A DNA stretch of 64,000 nucleotides, from assembly GCA_963835575.1 (NCBI GenBank), contig CAWIGG010000006.1, forward strand, positions 368,857 through 432,856, given 5' to 3'. The position numbers and the translations under genes are program-made. Positions 56,766 to 64,000 of this stretch are shown in pieces; position 1 is the first letter of the stretch; each line of letters opens with the position of its first letter. This DNA comes from an uncultured Spirochaetota bacterium (GTDB lineage Bacteria > Spirochaetota > Brevinematia > Brevinematales > JAOACQ01). Under the pieces are notes generated by a model. The model saw nothing but the letters and a program-made list of their open reading frames with translations. It was not told the DNA's origin and ran no database searches.

Positions 56766-56934
56766 CGGTGCGGCGTTTGCGAAGTCGCTGAGGCTTAGAA
56801 AATGTTCACAATTTCAAGCCGAAGCGATTTGTCGAACATTTTGTCCTTCTTCTCCGTCCTACCCGACAAAAGGTGAGACCGAGGAGCGCGCGCAGTTTAC
56901 GAGCACGCACCGCAGCGCAAACGCCGTGTTGTAC
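56760..56934 (-). other. attC-like site 1 (175 bp)
   Basis: GCTTAAC-GGTG-CGGCGTTTGCG ... CGCAAACGCCG-T-GTTGTAC. Confidence 0.85.
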
Positions 56935-56965
56935 GCAAGCCAACCGCAAAATGGTGTTTTATATC

Positions 56966-58153
56966 TTAATCTAAAGTAAAATTAGTAGAGTAAAATATAT
57001 TAGTCATAATGATAATATTGCTAAGATTCCACCCTGTATTTTCAAAAGACAAATGCTTTTTTATTGTGTTAATATCATCACTAATTCGATCAGGATGATT
57101 GATAACTTGTGTTTTACTTTTATAACCAAGCGTACTTCGCGAGTCATTGATAAAATCATAAGAACCTAAGAAGTAAATCCCTTGTTTGTTAATCGAAAAA
57201 TCTATGCTGGCATTTGGGTAGACAAAATGATTGCCAGGGCTACCAAGTTCTAAAACGAAACTTCCATCTAAAATTTTAGTTCCATCTGGAATAGATTCTT
57301 CAGTAAAACTGACAGTTTCATCAGAACCTTCTTTTGATAATTCTAATTTCTTAATTTTATATTTTCCTGCGGGTAAACCGTTGAAAAAGCAAAGTTTAGT
57401 AAAAGGATATTTAACACTATAACTGTATAATTTCTTTGAATCCTTGTTGATTAAATAGATGGAAGAGATTTCAGAGAAATTGGTCCTTTCATCATCAATA
57501 AGAGTTATATTTGATATATATATGACAGCAATTGAAAGATTGTTTGACAATTTTGCCAAGTTATAATTATACACTTTTGTTTCTGGAATAATAGAAATTG
57601 AATTTTTAGTAATATTTGGGAATTTAAGAGACGTTTCATTGTCTGTGTTATTTTTATTAGTATATATTATTGGTTCGTTATAGCGAGGTTTATATGACCA
57701 ATCACCGATATACACATATTGATTTGCTGGAATTTCTATTTCAGTATGTTTTAATGGTTTAAAAATCTTATCACTTGGATAATTTGTAATTGAATAAACT
57801 TCTGTGATGTCGTTGAACCAATAATAAGTATTAATATTTCTCCCATAAGATTCTGTAAAGCTAAACAATTCATATTTTCCAGCGGGTATTTCATATGCGA
57901 ATATTATATTAGAACCTTTATCATCATAAGTTTTTAAAGTATAGTCATAAAATTTGTCTTTTTTTCTATTATAAAAAGAGAAACTTACTAAAGATTCTGA
58001 ATAAGGTAAATCAATAAATTTTCCATAAATAACAGAACTGTCTTTACCAGATAAAACGGAATCTTTTTTGATCATATTATTAGTGGTTGCACAAGAAGTA
58101 ACTAGAAGTGCAAAAGCAAAAAACCATAAACACTTTGTTTTCTTACAATACAT
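56966..58153 (-). CDS. Cassette 1 lipoprotein (two related domains)
   Basis: Lipobox 'VTSC'; repeated 'PAGKY' ... 'Y(I/L)G.(W/Y)' pattern. Confidence 0.75.
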   Translation of the reverse strand: MYCKKTKCLWFFAFALLVTSCATTNNMIKKDSVLSGKDSSVIYGKFIDLPYSESLVSFSFYNRKKDKFYDYTLKTYDDKGSNIIFAYEIPAGKYELFSFTESYGRNINTYYWFNDITEVYSITNYPSDKIFKPLKHTEIEIPANQYVYIGDWSYKPRYNEPIIYTNKNNTDNETSLKFPNITKNSISIIPETKVYNYNLAKLSNNLSIAVIYISNITLIDDERTNFSEISSIYLINKDSKKLYSYSVKYPFTKLCFFNGLPAGKYKIKKLELSKEGSDETVSFTEESIPDGTKILDGSFVLELGSPGNHFVYPNASIDFSINKQGIYFLGSYDFINDSRSTLGYKSKTQVINHPDRISDDINTIKKHLSFENTGWNLSNIIIMTNIFYSTNFTLD

Positions 58154-58195
58154 ACAAATACTCCTTTAATAAAATTTATTTTGCGGTCGGCTTGC

Positions 58196-58265
58196 GTACA
58201 ACTCTTTATATACGCAATGCGTATAACTACCCAAATTCAGAGGGATATCCGCACTGCGTATATCC
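58196..58265 (-). other. attI-like primary recombination site
   Basis: GTTGTAC core (58202-58196) with no attC arm upstream; two related palindromes at 58209-58225 and 58243-58265. Confidence 0.75.
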
Positions 58266-58290
58266 TTCCGATTCGGGACAAAACACGCAG

Positions 58291-59346
58291 TCATATCGTT
58301 CCCATTCTATCTAACGGGCTGATGATCTTTCTCAAGTCTTTCTCCGCGACATGGGTATAAATCTCAGTGGTTTTACTGGATTCATGTCCAAGAATTTCTT
58401 GTATATATCGAATATCCGTTCCATTTTCAAGAAGATGCGTTGCAAAAGAATGCCTCAAAGAGTGAACGCTCGCATTTTTCTTAATACCGGTTTTAATAAT
58501 TCCCTGTTGAAAAATTGCTTGAACTGTCCGGCCGCTGATTTTTAATCCTTTTCCCTGACCCTCAAAAAGCCAATTCTGAGGCTGATAGTTCTGGATATAC
58601 ATTTTCAATAATGGCATGATATTATCGGACAGTAAGGTATAACGGTCTTTCTTGTTTTTAGAAGCCCGGATGTGGATCAGTTTCCGCTCTTTATCAATAT
58701 CAGCTATCTGCATATTAACCGCTTCGGATAACCGGAGTCCTGCGGAATAAATCAGGGTTATGATCAGCCTGTGTTTAATATTTTTGTAACTGTCAATAAG
58801 GGCCTTTACTTCCTCTTTGCTCAGTATCGCCGGCAGCTTTTTATCTTTCTTTGCCCGCTTTACCCGGTAAACAAAATCTTTCCCTAATATTACTCCGTAA
58901 TAAAACCTCAGGGCATTGACGGCGCAGTTGAGCGTGGAAGCTGCGGCTTTCTTTTCATCGGCCAGGTAATCCAAGTAATTTTTAATGTCCTGCGAATTGA
59001 CCTCTTCCGGCGCCTTATTCAAATATTCCAGCATGGAAATATTATACCTGGAATACGATTCTTTTGTTTTCCTGCTGTACCCGCGGATGCGGGTTTCCCG
59101 CCCGATCGCGGCCTGAACGGGATTTTCATCCGCGTTCTTTATGGAAACGTCGAAATACTGCTCAATTAAAAGCCGCGCCTGCGGAGTATCGGGGATCAGC
59201 CAGGTTTTTTTACCGGCGTCCCATTTCCGGCCGGGGATAATGCGTACTTTCTGCAGAAGACTCTGGGCACGGGGTATGGACAATTCAATCAGGCAGTCGC
59301 CGTTGAGAGCCGCGGAAACTTTTTTTATTTCAAATCTGTCAGCCAT
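58291..59346 (-). CDS. Tyrosine recombinase (integron-like integrase without the IntI insertion, extra N-terminal domain)
   Basis: 'YSAGLRLSE', 'KNKKDR', 'HSLRHSFATHLLENGTDIRYIQEILGH.SSKTTEIYTHV...SPLD'. Confidence 0.92.
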   Translation of the reverse strand: MADRFEIKKVSAALNGDCLIELSIPRAQSLLQKVRIIPGRKWDAGKKTWLIPDTPQARLLIEQYFDVSIKNADENPVQAAIGRETRIRGYSRKTKESYSRYNISMLEYLNKAPEEVNSQDIKNYLDYLADEKKAAASTLNCAVNALRFYYGVILGKDFVYRVKRAKKDKKLPAILSKEEVKALIDSYKNIKHRLIITLIYSAGLRLSEAVNMQIADIDKERKLIHIRASKNKKDRYTLLSDNIMPLLKMYIQNYQPQNWLFEGQGKGLKISGRTVQAIFQQGIIKTGIKKNASVHSLRHSFATHLLENGTDIRYIQEILGHESSKTTEIYTHVAEKDLRKIISPLDRMGTI

Positions 59347-59354
59347 CGCCGTTT

Positions 59355-59383
59355 ATTTTAATGATGTACGGTACAAAAGTCAA
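59355..59383 (-). promoter_or_regulatory. Sigma70-type promoter of the recombinase
   Basis: TTGACT-17 bp-TAAAAT with palindrome TGTACCGTACA in the spacer; -10 box is 8 nt before the ATG. Confidence 0.65.
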
Positions 59384-59393
59384 CGTGTGAGGA

Positions 59394-60626
59394 TTAACTT
59401 TTATGATGTTCATTGTTACATCCAAAGGACTGGGCCGGTATCTGCGTATTCAGGAAGAGTTTTGCCGGCAGGTTGACGATGCAGTCCAGAAGGCCGGCTT
59501 CTATAATATTCTTGCGGATTTCCCCCTCGCCGCTTGTTTTTGATGTAAGCGAGCCTTTGGCCAGAACAAAACCGGCTATGCCGGATGGTGAAGTGTGATA
59601 AATAAAATGCTGTATCCAGGCGTAGTTCGCGTTATTGAAAGGGGACTTTCCGAACTGCCAGCGGGCGTCGTCCTTCAAGAGAGCGCCGCTCCAGTCGGAA
59701 TCGTTAAAAGGAGGGTTGGCCAGGATAAAATCGGCCTTCACGTCTTTATGGGCATCATTCAGGAAAGAGCCTTCATTGTTCCATTTGATGTTTGTACTGT
59801 CGATGCCCCGGATGACGAGGTTCATCTTGCATAGCCGCCAAGTCGTCTGATTCGATTCCTGGCCGAAAATTGAAATCCGGTCGGATGGATTAAGCTCAAA
59901 GCCATTCGAACCGTTTTTTTTATAATGATCGCGGTGAAAGTTTACAAACTTTTCACTCTGGACGAACATGCCGCCCGACCCGCAGCAGGGGTCGAATACC
60001 CTGCCTTCATAAGGCTCAAGCATTTCGACGAGAATTTTGACAACGCTTCTGGGGGTATAAAACTGGCCGCCTTTAGGGCGAACTGGCCGAGGAAATATTC
60101 ATATACCTGGCCTAGAATGTCACGCTCCTGTGCCTGTTTTGTACCGAGTTCTATCGAGCCGATCAGATCGATCAATCCGCCCAGGCTCTGCCTGTCCAGG
60201 TTGGGCAGGGCGTAGGATTTCGGGAGAACGCCTTTTAACGACGGGTTCAGTTTCTCAATGGCTTCCATCGCCTCATCGAGATAGCCGCCGATATCCGTTT
60301 TCTTCCTTTTTTCCAGAATTATCTCAGTTTTTTTAGCGTTATTTGAAATGTTTTTCCATCTGGCGATGGAAGGAACAAAGAAGACTTTTTCAGCCATGTA
60401 TTCATTAGGGTCTTCTGGATCAGCGCCTTCGAAATCGCCTTTACCTTCCTTAAGCTTTATATAAAGGGTTTCAAAAGCGTCGGATATGTATTTTAAAAAT
60501 ATCGAAACCTAGAACAATATGCTTGTATTCGGCGGCGTCCATATTTTTCCGGAGCTTGTCAGCGGCTTGCCAGAGCTTACTTTCAAGTGATCCATTGTTT
60601 TTAGTTTCGGAAATTCCTTTTGCCAC
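59394..60626 (-). pseudogene. hsdM: Type I RM methyltransferase subunit, frameshifted and 3'-truncated
   Basis: 'LWQAADKLR', '[10 protein letters not shown]', '[10 protein letters not shown]', 'NPPFN'; frameshifts near 60505 and 60070; homology appears to stop at 'NTQIPA'. Confidence 0.9.
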
Positions 60627-60726
60627 GAAAACCCCCCGCAATAATGGAATCAGAAATAATCAGCGTTAATCTTAAGTTGTAAAATTCCCCCGAATAGTAT
60701 TATTGTATCGTACGAAACAAAGGATG

Positions 60727-61398
60727 TTATTTTTTTTCTTCAACAATGTACTCTTTTATAAGAATTTCCTTAAAGTATTTGATTATTGATTGCCAATCAT
60801 CCTGATTGCTTATAAATGAAAATAGAGGTACAGCATTCTTTTTAACTTCAGGCCATAAAATTTGACCGGACTCAAAGTCGGAAATCATTTTTTGTGATAA
60901 AGTCCATTTACCTAATGATATATTATTTTTTTTCAATTTTGATAATAAAATGAGAAGATTATTATAACCTCCTCCAGTTCCTTGTATTGAAATTCTACCA
61001 CGTTCAAAAACATACCATTCACCTGAGTCAATTGATTCTAAAACTATACAGGGAAGGTTATAATTAGAAGAAGGTGTGGATTCAACAATCAAATGGGCAA
61101 CTGGATTTGCAATAAACGGTAATAATTTATCAAAATCATTAAAAAAATCATATGTATGGAATAAAGGTGTTTTTGTTGATATACTTTCATTTTTCATTCT
61201 ACCCATACCAGTAATCAACCAATTCAAATTAATATCAAATAATGAAGCAATCTTTTCTAATATTATATTAGGAATATCTCTTTTTCCGTATTCATAATTT
61301 GTATAAGTTTGTTGGTTCAATTCTAGTTTTTCAGCCAATTCTTTTTGAGTTAGTTTCAATTCTTTTCTTAAGTATTTCAATCTTTCCTGAATCATCAT
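60727..61398 (-). CDS. XRE-family HTH regulator with C-terminal extension
   Basis: 'LKYLRKELKLTQKELAEKL..NQQTYTNYEYGKR', 'NLNWLITG'. Confidence 0.85.
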   Translation of the reverse strand: MMIQERLKYLRKELKLTQKELAEKLELNQQTYTNYEYGKRDIPNIILEKIASLFDINLNWLITGMGRMKNESISTKTPLFHTYDFFNDFDKLLPFIANPVAHLIVESTPSSNYNLPCIVLESIDSGEWYVFERGRISIQGTGGGYNNLLILLSKLKKNNISLGKWTLSQKMISDFESGQILWPEVKKNAVPLFSFISNQDDWQSIIKYFKEILIKEYIVEEKK

Positions 61399-61418
61399 TA
61401 TACCTCATGAAAAAAATA

Positions 61419-61447
61419 TTGACAATATTTATTTTTGAATATATAAT
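61419..61447 (+). promoter_or_regulatory. Consensus sigma70 promoter divergent from the XRE gene
   Basis: TTGACA-17 bp-TATAAT. Confidence 0.75.
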
Positions 61448-61725
61448 TGGTCATTATGAATGGCCTTTATTATCATATTGTAATATTTATTTTCTTATTG
61501 AAGTATTTGTTAGCTAAATACTTCTATTACTTTATTCTAATTTTACCAAAAGATTATTGACGAATTAAAAGTATATAATATTGATTTTTTTATATCAAAT
61601 ATTTACTAATAAACTATTGATAAAATAAGGGTTGTCGACCTTATCAGAAAAAATTTGGTGTAGGTAATTTTAGAATATTTTATGTTATTATTATGGTATC
61701 TTTTTGATTTATCTACACCGAAACA

Positions 61726-61760
61726 GCCCGATAAGCGCGACAACGCTATCGGGCATTTTT
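61726..61760 (+). terminator. Terminator-like hairpin (or oriT-type IR) upstream of the rep/mob operon
   Basis: GCCCGATAAGCG-CGACAA-CGCTATCGGGC followed by ATTTTT. Confidence 0.5.
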
Positions 61761-61774
61761 ATTAGGGGATAATT

Positions 61775-62029
61775 ATGACCGCGAAAGAAAGGAGAGAATT
61801 CAAACAAAAAAGGATTGAGAATTACCATAAAAATAATGATATGCTCCGTCCTGCTGAAGCCGCCGAGATGTTTCCTTCTTTTTCAGTTGACTATTTCTAT
61901 GATCATTGGCAGGAACTGGGGGAAAGATTCTCAAAACCGGCAGCAGGGCAACTTATTTTCCGGTTCCTCGATTCAAAATTGAAAAATACCTGGGTATTGA
62001 AGAAAAAGCGACAATTGAATATTTTCTAA
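61775..62029 (+). CDS. Small DNA-binding protein, excisionase-like
   Basis: 'MLRPAEAAEMF' resembles HTH_17/Xis; first gene of the mobility operon. Confidence 0.5.
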   Translation: MTAKERREFKQKRIENYHKNNDMLRPAEAAEMFPSFSVDYFYDHWQELGERFSKPAAGQLIFRFLDSKLKNTWVLKKKRQLNIF

Positions 62030-62127
62030 ACCTCTCATAAGAGGAGAAAGAGCGGGTAGTGTTGGAATTAATGCCTTTCATCGGAGTAATTTATTTAATC
62101 AATAGTTTTGTAATCCTGGGGAAAGTA

Positions 62128-62799
62128 ATGAGTTTGCAGCATTCCTTTGATATAAATGTGGCGGCAGAATATGGAATCATTGAAGCGATAATGATAAAAA
62201 ATTTCCAGTTTTGGATTGTAAAAAATAAGGCAAACGGACAGAATTTTTTTAATGGACATTATTGGACTTACAACTCAGTGAAAGCTTATGAAAGACTCTA
62301 TCCGTATCTGACTCGAAATCAAATTGAATATACCCTGAAGAAACTGGAAGAAAAAGGCATCCTGCTAAGCGGGAATTATAACGAAATAAAATTTGACCGG
62401 ACAAAATGGTATGCTTTTGCGGATGAAGACAAATGGTTATGCATTTCGGAAATTTCCGAAATGGATTCCGGGAAATTCAGAAATCGAGTTTCAAATTTTC
62501 CGAAATCACTACCAGATATTAAACCTGATGATAAACCAGATACTAAAAATCTCTCTCCTTCAGAAATCCGCAAAATTGTGAAAAAATATGTCGAGGCAAT
62601 GGATAACATTAAGAATGTTGATGCCATAGTCAATCATATAATCAAAAATGAACCGCTTCAAGTCAAGGAAATTATTGAGAGGTATGAGAGAGAAAAAGAA
62701 AAAAAGCGTTTGGAACTGGAGCATAAGGAAAGGGAAAAATCAACTGAATATAGCGCTATTCCAGAAGATCAATGGAAAGAATTGTATAAAGAAATTTAA
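62128..62799 (+). CDS. Putative phage/ICE-type replication initiator (winged HTH)
   Basis: 'HSFDINVAAEYG..EA...FQFWI..N..NG.N..NGHYWTYNS...YPYL...I..L.KL.EKG...GNYN...DRTKWY'. Confidence 0.65.
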   Translation: MSLQHSFDINVAAEYGIIEAIMIKNFQFWIVKNKANGQNFFNGHYWTYNSVKAYERLYPYLTRNQIEYTLKKLEEKGILLSGNYNEIKFDRTKWYAFADEDKWLCISEISEMDSGKFRNRVSNFPKSLPDIKPDDKPDTKNLSPSEIRKIVKKYVEAMDNIKNVDAIVNHIIKNEPLQVKEIIERYEREKEKKRLELEHKEREKSTEYSAIPEDQWKELYKEI

Positions 62800-62834
62800 T
62801 ATAAGCATTGAGCTGATAAAGCAAAGGAGTCGGC

Positions 62835-64000
62835 ATGGTTACAATTTCAAAAATGTATAATTCTATGGAAAAATATGAAAAGGACAATTACTATCTGAAA
62901 GACAAAAATGATAAAATTGAATTCCATGGCAAACTGGCTGATGATTTGAAATTGTCTGTCCTCGATGATAAGACTTATCAGGGCTTGATCAATGGTAAGA
63001 ATGCTTATGGAAAAAGGATAATCACTCTGGCCGGTAACGGCGAACACGATCCCGGCAGGGATCTGACTTTATCGCCTGATAAAAGTATCGGTGTAACATA
63101 TTACCTCTCTAAAAATCCCGGCGACGCGGAAAAAATTATGACGGCTCATAAACATGTGTCTCGATCACCCTGAAATACATTGAAGATAATCTCGTCCAAT
63201 CGACTTACAATCATGGAAAAAACGGTTATGAGCATATTAACACCGAGAAAATGCTCTATGTTTTATTCGACCATCACACCACCGTGACCTCGATCCTCAG
63301 CCGCATACTCATGCTGTTATATTTAATATTACAAAAACCTCTGACAACAAGTTTAAAGCGATTAATAACAGTGCTATTTACGACAACAGGAAGTTGATCA
63401 TGATGATATATGAAAACCAGCTTTGCCGGGGCTTGCGAGAACAGAAATTCGATGCGTCCATTGATAATGATGGATATACAAAATTAAATGGGTTTGACCA
63501 GGAAGTCAGGGGAAACTTCGAAAAGAACCAAAGTAATGAAGGAGAAACTGACGGAGATAGCAGAAGAAAAAGAGCTGGGTGAAAATACAAAATCCCTTGA
63601 AAAAGCATTGATTCTTTCCACCCGGAAGGAAAAGCAATCGGTTGATCTGGAAGCTGTGAAAAAGGTCTGGCAGAATGAAATGAAAGAGTTGGGGAAAAGT
63701 GTCGGAGGATTGCCGAAGTCTTTTGAAAATCTTCCGGAAAATTCCATCAAAATATTCCCACCGGAATATTATATAAAACAATCTCTTCAAATTATAACGG
63801 AAGAAAAGGCTGTGTTTGCTAAAAAGGATATCTTGGAAAAAGCGTTGAATATATCTAAAGGCAATGCGGATTTTAATAGCCTGATAAAAGCGTTTCAAAA
63901 GAATGGGGAAATTGAACATCTTAAAGATTATGAAAAAGTCAGGAATAGTTATCAGACAGTATATACGACCAGAGAGATAAAAAACCTTGAATTGGAAAAC
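62835..64000 (+). pseudogene. MOBF (TrwC/TraI-like) relaxase, multiple frameshifts, runs off the window
   Basis: N-terminal 'Y...DNYY', 'PGRDLTLSPDKS', and in a shifted frame 'LDPQPHTHAVIFN' (HUH). Confidence 0.82.

Noticed and set aside
53279..56934. GC-rich repeats as a CRISPR array
   Set aside because: Units are 138-223 bp, divergent, and separated by whole genes or 300-400 bp bodies; no cas genes. They fit attC-like sites.
58291..59346. Housekeeping XerC/XerD or a type I RM hsdS invertase
   Set aside because: Island context, extra N-terminal domain, adjacent attI-like site and cassette array; no hsdS segments or invertible repeats nearby.

Overview
Bacterial window from a diderm (TolC, many lipoproteins; a spirochaete-like host is only a guess). 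About 1-23.6 kb is mostly chromosomal-type genes: efflux MFP/TolC, a trans-sulfuration enzyme, a GGDEF protein, a GntK-Gnd fusion, several frameshifted genes and a serine hydrolase split by an IS1182-family element. About 23.9-64 kb is an accessory region. It holds an IS21-family element (RIT triplet inserted in istB, plus a passenger gene), a PIN toxin-antitoxin pair, and an RND pump between two tRNA-Ser-like att junctions. The right end has a decayed hsdM, an XRE regulator, a putative Rep and a decayed MOBF relaxase. The main feature is an integron-like array (39.5-59.4 kb, minus strand). A tyrosine recombinase that lacks the IntI-specific insertion and has an extra N-terminal domain lies upstream of, and in the same orientation as, an attI-like site and 10 cassettes. 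The cassettes are separated by long (138-223 bp) attC-like sites with non-canonical geometry. Nine cassettes carry their own terminal inverted repeat and three have no ORF. IS1182 elements hit the attC R'' arm three times. A group II intron sits in a recurring GCCATCCNTGGC-type hairpin inside the one cassette whose ends do not match, which suggests intron-mediated cassette fusion. All calls are by eye; no database searches were run.
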